DNA from: Eledone cirrhosa
Lineage: Eukaryota
Assembly (NCBI GenBank): GCA_964016885.1
Contig: OZ024742.1
Location: forward strand, 299,522,001-299,586,000
Direction of reading: 5' to 3'
Length of the DNA: 64,000 nt
Part shown: one piece after another, positions 25,984-39,278 of the stretch
Position numbering within the stretch: the stretch's first letter is position 1
How the letters are laid out: each line of letters opens with the position of its first letter
Made by a program: the position numbers and the translations under genes
Notes under the pieces: generated by a model
What the model was told of the DNA's origin: nothing
Database searches by the model: none
Seen by the model: the letters and a program-made list of their open reading frames with translations, nothing else

Positions 25984-27179
25984 ATATATATATATATATA
26001 TATATCAAATGAAAAGACGGAGTTAAAGACTTGTATCAATCCTCTTTAATTTAAGGAGCTCAAGGTATAAATACCGGGCTCTTCATGATATAGTATGTAG
26101 AGAAGAAAATACAAAATGGGGTAGGTTTTCAATTACAAAGGGTAGAGAACCTCGTAATTGAAAGCATACCCCTTTTTGTGTTTTCTTCTCTCTCTATATA
26201 TATGTGTGTGTTTGTGTGTGTACGTGTGTTTGTGTGTCTGTATGTGTGTGTGGGTGCGTGCACGTCTGTGTGTGTGTGTGTGTCTGCAGGTCTGTGTGTG
26301 TGTATGTATTTTTTGGTGTAGGTTTTTTTAATACACATATATTAAGCATTTATACATGCGAAGTATGACAGAATAAAAGTGACAAACCACATAAGAGAAT
26401 CGAACGACGCATCTATTATAGACCGGACAACTGTTTAGATCACTAAACTAAGACGGCCTGACAGACTTTCAACCTAAAATTTAGCGTATGTAAATACCTT
26501 ACTAGAAAAAACCAGAATTGTTGGGCCTCTTCTCATATCACATGACAATTAACTTTACGAAGAGCAGTCACTTAACTACTAGTGACTGTAATTCAAGGAG
26601 CCAATCTTGTTACACGCGTCACTCTGACTTTCTCTGAGAATCACGTCATTGGTAGAGACATCTGTGAAATATTGAATCACGTAAAAGAAACTTAACAAGT
26701 GGGACATTACATTTTATCTGGATAAAATGTTCCCACCATCCCTGGAAAGATTGTTATATTTCCTCTAAAATAGTTGGTTATTATCAAAAGTAAATAACCA
26801 TAGCGTCTTATATTTTCTCTCATTCTCACCACCAAAATAATAAGCGAGAGTCACTCATCCATATTGTTTCACCATACATCATTGGTTGAGTAGAGAAAAA
26901 TAATTGGCTTCAGCTTTACTTCCTTCAATCAATTGATACTTTCCTGAAGCTGTTTCTGGCGTAGAATCTCATAAAACAGAGGTGGCGTCGCAATTCAAAA
27001 GATATTTTAGTAAATTTATTCCTTCAATTCAATACTGCTAAAGTAACTAACAGATTATTAATATAAATTTTCCAACACCGCAATATTTATAGCAACATGA
27101 TAAACTTTATGAATCTAATGGCACTTTGAAAATAACTTAAATTTTAATGGAGGAATCACAAACGCAGAACGTATATATA

Positions 27180-27451
27180 ATTGTTTCTACTTTTGGGACA
27201 AGGCCAGCAATTACCCAGTGTATTACTGGTACTTTATTTTATCGACCCCGTAAGGATGAAAGGCAAAGTTAACCTCGGCGGGATTTGAACTCAGAATGGA
27301 AAAGGCCGTAACTCTTTGCGTCAAAGCATGGCGTCCGACCCTCTACCGATACTGCCAAGCCACCGCCTTATATATATATAAAGAACGTATATATATATAA
27401 TTGTTTCTACTTTAGGCACAAGGCCAGCAATTATCCAGTACATTACTGGTA
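27180..27451 (-). mobile_element. SINE family A full copy (27180-27367) plus a 3' fragment (27399-27451)
   Basis: Reverse complement of the 284-469 sequence. agaacgtatatata precedes both pieces. Confidence 0.85.
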
Positions 27452-28224
27452 CGTATATATAATAGCAGTTGATTGGTAGCTTAGAACTGTAGCTTAGAAA
27501 ATCGGTAAAATTACCTATCACGGTAGATTTACTCAATTTTCAAAGTTATTATTTACAGAAATCGACTGTTATTACAGTTCGTTTTTACATTTGGGAATTC
27601 TTATATTATATAAAGAATCTCAAATTACACAAAAGTTTGATAATTTGTATATAATCCTAAAAATATTTTGTTTTAATAAATTGGTGATTTTCGTTTATTT
27701 TTGACACTAGATACATTAGTATGAATTCTATTATGAAGATCAATAATACGTATTCCCTCGACAATGTTGACGTCAATATGGCTGGGACATTTAATGATTG
27801 AACTTTTGATAGACGATTACGAGCATTGTCTATCTTAAATATACTAAAACAATGTACCGATATGATACTTCAGAGCGCCTTCTGACCTATTTGTCTGTGT
27901 TTCTCTCAGCAAATATGCTATCGTAATTCTTTCAATTTATATCGTTTCATTTCATTCATAATATTAATCATTTAATCCTATTAATCTAAAGTGTTTTTAC
28001 AAGAATCACCGAATGTTTTATTTATTCGGAATAGGTCAATCCCAATGGTTTTTAATGGAACTAGAAGTTAGTATCAAGATATTTCAGTTACAGAAATGAA
28101 CTGCATATATACGACACAGTGTAGATAACTAGTGACACGTTCATCATTCTCGTATTGTTTCCTATAATTTGGTAATTTTCTGTTTATTATTTAGTTGAGG
28201 TTAACCTACTAGGTGGTTACTTAG

Positions 28225-28279
<55 letters not shown>

Positions 28280-30993
28280 GGTTGCTATGTGCAGTGATAG
28301 GTAATCATAGTTTAAGATAGAAGAAAGGATAATCACTGGGTCTAGTGGTATAAGATGTTGAGAAACCTTTAAATTGAGCTATTTAATAGCTCAATTTAAA
28401 GGTCTCTCAAAATCTTAGTCGTTAGTGATATAGTATTATTAAGAAGTGTAAAACGATAGACATATGGAAACCACAAGTCTATATGGAGTTATGATTGTAT
28501 GAGGTTCTTAGTGTATTTAGTGTTGTGCCTAACGAAACATGTCACCCTGTATCGTATCTTTAGCTTTATATGAAAATTATTTCTTAAGAAATTCACTATT
28601 TCAAATAATTTATGAGGAATGCTGAATGATTTAATAAAATTATTGATAAAATCTTTAATAAAATAGTAACTTTACATGTGGTTCTTAAATAAGAAAAGTG
28701 TAAGCATTGTTTCATTGAACAAGACCCAGTTTTGGCTGGACTGGGTCGTATCAAAAAGGTTTAAATCTTCAACCATGAAATATAGTATATACAAATATAT
28801 ATAGAGAGAGAGGCGGATGAGGGGGGATAGGGATATAGAGAGAAAAGAGAGAGAGAGGGGTGAGATGGGGGGAGAGAGAGAAAGAGAGATCTTCGTATTG
28901 GTCTGTTCGTGAAAACAATACACCTATATCGAATCATATATATCACAAAGGACTTATATTCTGAAAGTGGGTCGCAAAATGTTCCTCTTTTAATCAAGCG
29001 TCGCGCGTTCAAACGTTGAACAAACAATGACCTATTTATCATGTTGGCAATGAAATAGATATAATCATAATAAACGGATTAATCTGAGAATAGTGTGGAA
29101 CCTTTAGCTATATTTATATAATGAATTAAGAATCAATCTAGCTTCCGATTGAAAACTGATAAAATGCTGATAAAATTATCATATGACTATTTATATGCCT
29201 CTATCAGTAAGAATCTACCAAAGCCATTTCACACTCAGAGCATTATTTATTCTATTTAATTACAGTTAATAGACTATTTAGTGCAAATTCATTTATAATT
29301 ATATTACATTATAATTTGCTTCTTGATGTAATAAAATGACATGTTACGCTGGGTGCTAGTAGTATCAGCCTTTGCAATTAATTGCCTTCTTAAAGTACAA
29401 CTACTTCAAGAAGAAAATAGGTATATCTCAATTTGTTAAACAAGTGTATTCCTTTATTATAATCTTGTCTGAATAATAAACCATAAAAATCTTCATAAAT
29501 AAATTTGAAAATACTGTTCAATTAATGATTACTGACGGATTAGGAATCATATCATTATATTCTATTTTATATTAATTGATAAATAATTAAGTAGTGATGG
29601 CGGGGTGCTCAATATATACGATGTTGGGTTTACAAAAGGAATGTGGTGGATCTCATTTCTAGACGAAGTGATATATTTTGTTCTTGAGCAAGATACTTCA
29701 GACTGATATAGTTCATTCAGCTGAACAATGAGTGCTGACGGCACTTATGGTTTAACCTTGGGATGGTCTAGTATCCAATCCAGGATGGGGTAAGAAATCT
29801 TGACTTGAAGCCGCTTAAAATGCTTACAATTTGTATGTCAATCCGTACAATCACAGAAAAACGTTGTTTTATTACATCAAAAACTACGTTCACAGTACAA
29901 TATTTATGTTTGAGACACGGGTAAAGCCTCAAGCAGTATCGCAAGCAGCATATTTTTCACATACTTTATGAAATAACTAACGTTAAAGTTGATATAATAA
30001 TGTCTATAGTAGTGTTTCAGATAGAACGAGAATTGCAAAACTTCTGTATTCATGTGGCAAATTAAAAAAAGCTATCTTTATTTTAATAATGTACTAAATC
30101 ACTTTATGATGTATTGTAAAACAGTTGTCAAAGGATGCCACTCAGATGTGAATTACATATGGTTAAATCTATTTCCATTGACTAAAACGTAATCAATAAT
30201 CAGTAATATAAGCTAGCATTAGCTTTCTAAAGTGTATAGATACACGAGTGAATAGATTAGTGACAAGCAGTCTAAGAGTAACCAGTTTGTATCCTGTCAG
30301 GCATACAGTCGCATCACAGTAGCTCAGAATACCTAGATTTATAGATATTTCTCCTAAACAGTCGTAAGCGTCAATGGACCTTCATCGATGTCTCAGATAA
30401 GTGTTCTAGTTTTTCAATCAATGGTACGGCCTATTGATTAAATTAGCGTTTACGTGGCTGTGTTTTCCTCAAACACGTGTACACTTAACATATATCTCAG
30501 GGAGATTCAGCATGACACAATGTGTGGTAATCCTCCCTCCTTTTATTTACAGGTAGAATCCACCAGACATACTCCCAAACAGTTACTGTCAACCCAATTT
30601 CACTCAGACCTTGGGCCTACTCGAGGTTACGGTAAAAAATGCTTATACAATTTATCAAACATTGGGAACCAATCCAGAAACTCATGATTCCAAAATGAAC
30701 CTCTGAACCTTTTAGCCACGTTATGGCCGTTTTAAACAGCCATTAACACTGAGCATAATTCCATCAGTGTATCAGCTAAAGACATTTGTATGAATTGTCC
30801 ATGCCTGTAAATTATATTAAAACCTATATGTATCATTAAATCCTATATGCAGTAGGAGTAAAGGTAGAGTTGACAATGTGCTAATAGCTCAGAAATTAAC
30901 TTACGAAATTTCTAAATTTCATTAACACTGTTTAATCCCAAAATCTGATTTAATTATTTTGCTCTATCATATAAAATTACATGAAATAATAAT

Positions 30994-31210
30994 GGTTTCT
31001 AATTTAGGCACAAGGCCAGCAATGTTTTTTTTTTGGGGGGGGGGTCGATTAAATCGACCACAGTGCGTGACTTGTACTTTATTTTATTGACCCCGTAAGG
31101 ATGAAAGGCAAAGCTAACCTCGACGGGATTTGAACTCAGAACGTAAAAGTAGATAACTCTATGCCGCGAAGCATGGTGTCCGACTCTACTGATACTGCCA
31201 ATCCACCGCC
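30994..31210 (-). mobile_element. SINE family A copy with 18-bp TSD
   Basis: attacatgaaataataat at 30976-30993 and 31213-31230. Confidence 0.88.
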
Positions 31211-32142
31211 TTATTACATGAAATAATAATCAAATTAAACCAATTAGTCTTGAACGGATCTTATGGCTTTATATATTCTCGAATTTAAATATTTATATTT
31301 AAGTACAATGCTATTGATTTTACAGAGGAGCGGGAACAATAGGGTGTTGCCTTCATAGGTTCACCTGAAACAAAAGGATTGAAATAGATGTCATTCCTAT
31401 TGTATCGAGGTAATGGATCTGACGTATTTGTCATCCAAGTTTAATTAAAATGTTATCCATTGTTTTGTGACCCTGGCAATACAAACCTTTAACTCTACAA
31501 AATACTTCAGCAATGCTAGTATAGTTACTGCTTCCGTCTTTCTCGCTCCCCCCATCTTTCACTATTATAAGCAAATATGGATCCAGACGTTGGCCACTCT
31601 GCTGCCCCGGCGGACAGAATCTTAAGCCATTTTCTTCTCTACAATATTTAATTGCTTTCATTTTTAACATAAATGTCATTTTTTTTTGTAATAGAAAAAA
31701 AGATTGAAATTTCTTCTTTTCTAGAACTCATTGCGGCGCAACAAATATACCTGTTTTTTCAGCCATGGTTATTTCTGTTTATGTCGGATTCATGGTGGCT
31801 GAAAAACGTTCCAGCTATACCCATCCCAATTTAGGATTATATGGCACGATATTATCCAAAGTGTGTCTTCTTGGGATTTACTTTGGGGGGGTTTGGGCTG
31901 CTATTTCTCACAGCTGAAATGACCACATAGAGGTCCAATCGCCTACTCTATCAATAAAAGTAAAAGTTAGTTTGGCTATTTCTTTTGGTTATTTAGTAAA
32001 GTGGGGAAGACCCGTGATCTTCAATTTCTTTCAGAGCCTTTGCAAGTGCTGAGTGGGAGAAGTGAGTACGGTGGGGTATCTTTAAATTCAAGAAACTGTC
32101 TCACATGTTTGGAAAAGTATGAACCTCACCAACTACACGTAA

Positions 32143-32552
32143 GTTGGGTCGGATTAGCAGCATCGTTAGAACATTAGAGAAAACATTTTGCAGTATTTAT
32201 TTTTTCTCCTTACGTTTTGAAAATACCAATGATATTTATTTAAGGCTCAATTCCTTAAATATACTAATAGTTAATGTATTAAATACAATGTTGAACTATG
32301 AAATTTCTTTGCACAGTTTGACTTATATATACGTATGCATATATATATATGTTTGTATCATAGGCACAATGCCAAATTTTGAGGTGAAACGTCCGTCGAT
32401 TAGATCGATCCAAATACTTAACATGTTTTATATCCCTGGAAGGATGAAAGGGAAAGCTGATATCATTGGGATTTTCGAAACGTAAGGAGAAAAAACAAAT
32501 ACTGCAAAACGTTTTCTCTAATTTTCTAACGATGCTGCTAATCCGACCCAGC
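32143..32552. mobile_element. Degenerate SINE A (minus, about 32361-32552) with an inverted duplicate of its 5' ~92 bp at 32143-32235
   Basis: 32143-32235 is the reverse complement of 32460-32552 with few mismatches. Confidence 0.8.
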
Positions 32553-33839
32553 ATTGTTACTAATACATATTTATGTGGGAGGAAAATGTACATATGTTGT
32601 GGACGTATTGGGGATTCTTTTTTGTTGTCTTCCCTGTTTGATCAGACATTTCTTTAGATGTGATAGTCTATTTATTTTGCAAAATATCTCATACAGGAAA
32701 TTAATTCAATTATTTTTAGTAAGAGTAAAATAATTGCATAATATCTCTTTATGATCTTGGTTAATTCAGAAGTAAAATCCATTAAGTATGACATCTATAA
32801 AAGAATAAAATATTATCTTACATATACGGATTATCAACCATAATTAATATACACAGCTTTGGAAATATTTCTTAATGCTTTCTTTTCAGTTCTACTTTTA
32901 TTGTGTAGATACATACATACGTATATATATACATATATATATATGAAGAAAAAGAGATAGAGAGCAAGAGTGTTTGGTGTATGTATGTGTTTGGTATATG
33001 TGTGTATATGTGTGTGTTTGTGTGCGTGAGTGTGTGTCTCTCTGTGTGTCTCTGTGTCTCTGTGTGTCTGTGTTCTTTCAGTTTTATTTGACTGATTACA
33101 TTCAAGATAATCTTCTTACCGTATGAATAGGTTAGAAACCACGCTTATGGTAAGTATTTTTTCTTTGAATATTTTATTTCTTCACTGAACTAGTTATGTA
33201 ATTAATTGTGGAGAGAGTATTTATGTATCTGCATCTAAAAGATTGACGAACGTAGTTGATGTTGCTATAGGTCGGCTCTAATTGATTAGACATATGGTCA
33301 CATGTGTTGTAGCCGTCACGAATCTGTCAAATTATCATACACAGTTTATGTAATACTACATGAAAAGTAAGGATATCTCTAACAATAATCTCTGTACAAC
33401 TGATCGCTACTCTGTAAAGTATGAGAAACTTAAGTTTCAATATTCGTCCCTGCTTTTTGCGGTCTGAGTGTCAACCCCATTGTTGCCAAATTGTTTGGAA
33501 GCTTTAATCCATAAGCTGGGTTAATAAGCACAACGGATTGAAGCAAAACAGACATAAGATATTCAGATCACGCAATAATCTATCTATTGACCACCGACAA
33601 ATCTTTAACTGGCTGTATGTAAATATCTATCTATCTATCTATCTATCTCTCTGTTCACCGGGTATGTCAATTTGAAAACAAATGTTATTTTTTCATGTTC
33701 TTTTGTTACGATATATTCTCCCAGTCCTTTCTAACAATGTATTCCGCCAAACTGATATGAAGATTTTTTTCTCTTATATGTTGTTGTAATTTGATGTTTC
33801 ATTTTGTCTTATACTTTGCTCGAGAATTTATAGTCTTAG

Positions 33840-33938
<99 letters not shown>

Positions 33939-34069
33939 TGTGTGTCTGTCTGTGTGTCTGTCTGTATGTCTGTCTGTCTGCCTGTGTGTGTGTGTGTGTG
34001 GGTGTGTGGGTGTGCATGTGTTGTTGTTGTTGTTGTCAATGACGTTGCTTGTCTTGTTGTTGGTTGTGA

Positions 34070-34400
34070 TTGTACTAGCATTCGTGACAGGTCTCCGGTT
34101 CTCGCCCTCCCATCTGTCTTGGAATCCATGACAACGGTCATGAACATTGCCCTCCACTCCTTCGCTAAACAGTAAAAATGAATTTTCCAATGTTTCCTTC
34201 ATTTTGTAATGTAATAGAGAACCATGTCAGGGAGATTTGGCTGCTTGTTTTAACAGTTTGTGTGATAATATGGAGACGTCCTTATTGGCCTCTATGTACA
34301 TCGTGTTTTATTCATATAGTAACCTATATAACGATATCTAGCGCAACCATCACACACCTCATGGACCATCAATGGGAATACCACAAGACGTATTTTCCAG
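34070..34400 (-). mobile_element. Highly degenerate RTE-like 3' remnant
   Basis: Minus strand gives TVK...WF..ITK..LEN...GVEG-like fragments followed by a (CAA)n/(CA)n tail. Weak. Confidence 0.35.
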
Positions 34401-37130
34401 TTGCTTCTGTCATCCAAATTTCTCTATTATAAATATCCCTCAAACACACACTCTCCACTTGCAGAAAGGAATGAGACATTGGTTCGTGTATTTCTGAAAG
34501 AAGGAATGATTGTAGTTGGAAAGTCTTTGATCGTAGATCAGGACTGAAGAGGGATAGACACCAGCAACAGCAACGTTTTCGTCAGTTCAGCATTGTATCA
34601 TCTGTATAAGATGAGCTTCAGTACTAGACATTAACACCTGGCGTATATAGTGTGTGTGCGTGGGTGTTATCAGGTTATTTTAATTATGACAAAAACGCAT
34701 ATGTCTCGTTTGGTTTTATCTAAATCATGTGAAGTTTATCTTGGAGTTATTTCAAATGTTGATATAAGCTGTTTAAACTTTGCTTTTGTTTCTATTTTTT
34801 CTACCTGACATGGTTCAATCGTGTTACTATGACGCTCTAGCTACACGGATAATATGTACTGTGCTCCCAGTCGTGATTAATATGTTAAAGTTCTTTCATG
34901 TGTAATTCACACTAACAGACTTGATATTTTATCTGAGTATCTTACGACATATTTCAACGCTGTATTCTTCTTCCACACATATGTTTAGTATTATATTCTT
35001 CTTCTTCACACATAATATTTACAAAATATTATTTTTTGTGTCAACGAACATTCTCAGATACATCAACATACAAGAGATTCATTGTGGTGCAAATACAAAC
35101 ACAGTGATCGAGTGTGCATGGGGTTGACGTTAAAACGTAGAATTTCATTAGGCTCGCCTGCGTTTGTTGTTCAGTTTTTGCCTATAAGACAGCTCCTGTC
35201 TTATGTGTTACGAAAGTACAAATGAATGTACCATCCATCCCAGTAGTTTGAAATATCTCCACACTAGTGTTCCAGGAGATTGAATTAAATTCATTAAGAA
35301 AAAGCAAAATCCTATTTCAAAGTTCGAAAAATAAAAAATCGAAATTCGTAGTAAAGTTAATTTATAACACAAAGTAAGAAACAAAAATAAATTGACATAT
35401 ATATATATATATATATAGAACTTATTGATAACGTTGCTCACTTTATTGACTAAAGAAGGAAGAACAAATAATTTTCTCTGTTATAAATTATCTATATTTC
35501 TACTTTCTGCTATGTTAATATGTAAAAATACCTCTTGTTCTAAAGTCCGCCGTGTGTAAATATATTTGTAAACCACTATTTTAATCTAACAAACTGAAAA
35601 CATTATTACAAATGTGAGAATCACGTGTATTCCTTTGTAGAATCTGTACATGAGGCTTTTAATAAAGAGAAGACAAATCTAATTGCACCAGGGAAATTGC
35701 GCAGGGATATTCAGATACAAATATTTGATTGTGCTATAGAATGATGAATTAACCAGAAGGAAATCTAAATTAAAACAGGAAGAAGAATAAATGGTCACGA
35801 TGATCTTAAAACATCGCTGATTTTAAGATGGATCAACACGAGAGAAATACTGCAGCCCCTTGTCAACTGGCGTAAAATTAATTGGATATTACGGTGAACA
35901 CAAAATAAATGCACAATAGGATACATCACAGAAGACAAGTATTCAGTATAAAAGACACATTAAAATCACCAATTGCTGGAATATATAAGAGTGTTAGGAA
36001 ACGTGAGGAGAATCTTAAACGCATACACAGGAATATAAAATACATACATATATACATACAATTAGAAAAGTAATACAAACCATAAAGTAAACAAAAATTA
36101 TTATATTAGCTAATATGAAAAGATAGTGAGCATAGATGTAAAGTAAAAGACTAAAACAGAAAAAAACCTAATCACCGGGCTTAGAGCAAAATATCTTGCA
36201 GTTATATATATATGTGTCTTATGAATAAAAGAGCACAACTATATATATGCGTAAGCATCTGGCGAAGTAACATGAATAACCATGTAACAAATTTATATAA
36301 TCCAATGAATTATTATGGTTATTTAATCCCGTCTTAACTACCATTATTTGATATATATATATATGTGTGTGTGTGTGTATGTGTGTGTGTGTGTGTTATG
36401 AATCAAAGAGCTCAATTACTTATTATTTTAAAAAATATGGGAATCCCAAACGCAGAAAATAAATGTAAAAACAGTCGACCGCTATAAATAATAGCTTATG
36501 ATATATTGTATAATATTCTTAGATACGGCAAAAGTGGCCAGCATCCTCTTCAGAGAATCGAACTCCCAATCTCTCGAATTGCGGGTGCTTCATTCGAAGG
36601 AAATCATCAAAGGTTTCTTGGTGATCTCCTTCGAATGAAACAGTTCTCGTCCTGTAAAAGCAATTTCTAAATTAAATTTGTTGTTTACACTCTACTAATG
36701 TGCTGAATACCTTCCTTACATCGTGTGGTTACCCATGATTAAACCCGGGACACATACAAATCCATATATATATATATGGGTATGTGTGTGTGATGGATAA
36801 ATGAGTCTATGCTGGCGTTATCTTTCCTTCCTTATTAATGTTTATTTTCAACTTCTTTTCGTTTTTATATGATTTACTATATTTTTTGGCTAGGTGTTTT
36901 ATATTATATTACAATAACGTAACATTAATGAGCTTATATGCTGTTTCATCACGGTTGTGATTGAAGTCATGCCTTTGATATAGCAAAAAGCCACATGAAT
37001 ATCACATATTATCTTGATCCATCTACATGTTCTGAATTACCAATCATCAGTTTTCTAAGAACTATTTGATCGAAGCTCATATATATATATATATATATAT
37101 GATTGCTTATACGTATGTATATATGAATAC

Positions 37131-37224
<94 letters not shown>

Positions 37225-38734
37225 ATACATACATACATATAGATAGAGCATATATATATATATATATTTTAAATTGAACCGAAGCTATAACATATCTGAT
37301 TTCTCCAGAAACTGACACTTCAACTCAAATATTGATATTCTCTTGCTATTAAACTGATTAGTATCGATTATTACCTCAAGTATTGATCAATTGCCTCTTA
37401 GCTTGTATATAATTCGTATATAATTAAATGAGGCTAATATTAAATATACCCAATCCTTAATTTTTTGTAGAATATAAGCCTTGTAAAAAAGAATGTTGGG
37501 GAAATGTTTATATACAGTTCTACTTATGCATGCCTTGTATATATATATATGTGAATGAGTGAGTGAATGAGTGAGTGAATGAGTGAGTGAGTGAGTGTGT
37601 GTCTGTGTGTGTGTGTTTGTCTGCTCGGAAAATTTTTTCCTTGAGTTATTTTAATTATAAGGGCCTATTGTGAGTTTTTAACTCAATATATACTTTTGAT
37701 ATTTTTTATATATATATATAATTATATTCTTTTCTTCGACGTATGGTGTGCAGGCAGATTTTGATATAAAAAGATATGGGTTCTATAAAGATACAGTAAT
37801 TCAATAATTTTTAAAACACGTTCCTACTTCTTGATTTCTTCCCAATGTCTTTCTATAGATAAACAGATTTTTTAATGGAAACCTTCACATCTGTGCATCG
37901 AGGCACTGTTCTACCATGAGATTTATGTAGATTCATCTGTAAAGAACAGGCTTCTATTATAAAATGTAATAACTAAAGCCTGAACATTGCAATAATGTAA
38001 CAGTCAAAATCGAAGACCCCTCAAACTAAGAATGAAAACATTGCCCAAACTACCATGTGTGTTTTTCATGGATAATTTTGTTCCTTTATAGAGTAAAGAT
38101 GGGTCTACAAATAGTTTTTTTCTGTATTTTTGTTAGCTATACGTCTACGTTATGACAATATGTATACCTCTTTTTTAATTGATTGTTTTTAACCTTTTAG
38201 TACAATGTGCATCAAGATATTTTACTTATTCTAAAATGCACCGTGATGTTTTAAACTAAAAGAATCACTGCATGGTTGCTCGATATGCTAGAAATAACAG
38301 CCACATTTCTTAATGTTGCAAGTATCAGGTTTCCGATTTGAGTTTATGTTTCTCCCTCTTTCCCTCTCACTCTACCAAAGTTGGCGTTCTGAGAAGTTTC
38401 TTGTGAACCGTTCTACATGCTCAATGTCTTAGAAAAAGGAATGGTCATATCTAAAATGCTATGATAGTCAACGATTTGATGCCTTTAGTTTTCGATTTAC
38501 TCAATCAAATCTAATCTGAGGCTAAACAGAAACGTCTTACAAATAGTAGTTTTTAATAACAATTTATAGACCCGTTATTTTTCTGTAATTTCGATGTGAG
38601 CATGCAGGTTTCCGAGACATAAGAAACGTTAAAGTGTATTAGAACACACATTGATTTCAGTTAAGAGTTGAGACTCTTGTTCTAATGGCGTAGAGTGAAA
38701 GAAAAAAATACATTTATCTAAATTTCCTTTGCTG

Positions 38735-39125
38735 TAATCGTGCCAACCCTTAACTATGGTTATGAATCTTGGGTAATGACTGAAAGAATACGATCATGGA
38801 TACAAGCAGCCGAAATGGGGTTCCTCCGAAGGGTCTCGATAGAGTGCATAGCTTGGAGATCAAAGTCACTCCGAGTAGCAGCGCTGCTCCTCCGAATTGA
38901 GAGATCACAGCACCGATACTATGGGCGTTTGGTTAGAATGTCTCAGGAAGGAATTGCTGGACAGATTTTACGGGCAACACTAACCAGCAGGAGACCCAGG
39001 GGTAGACCCCGAGCAAGACGGTTGGGTAACACTCATGAGCTTGGGTGGTCTCGCTGGGAAATTCACCCAGATCAGTTGACGATGGTTGCTTCTGATAGGA
39101 CCTGCTGGACTGTTTGAGGACTCTG
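38735..39125 (+). mobile_element. RTE-clade LINE 3' fragment
   Basis: PTLNYGYESW..T.R....QAAEMGFLRR..IERSQ.R.YG.LVRM...RPRGRPR..W...DR..W. Confidence 0.85.
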
Positions 39126-39135
39126 AGACCCCACG

Positions 39136-39137
<2 letters not shown>

Positions 39138-39192
<55 letters not shown>

Positions 39193-39278
39193 CTCTCACA
39201 GAAGAAGAAGAAGAAGAAGAAGAAGAAGAAGAAGAAGAAGAAGAAGAAGAAGAAGAAGAAGAAGAAGAAGAAGAAGAA
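39138..39278. repeat. (CT)n-(CA)n-(GAA)n compound microsatellite
   Basis: Directly visible. Confidence 0.97.

Noticed and set aside
31320-31680. Minus-strand splice-acceptor-like ttttgtttcag near 31365 and 82-aa ORF 31431-31679
   Set aside because: No recognisable domain or convincing exon chain; a host exon cannot be supported without RNA data.
35640-36020. Possible ancient REL-endonuclease LINE 3' remnant
   Set aside because: Only vague motif spacing; no continuous frame.
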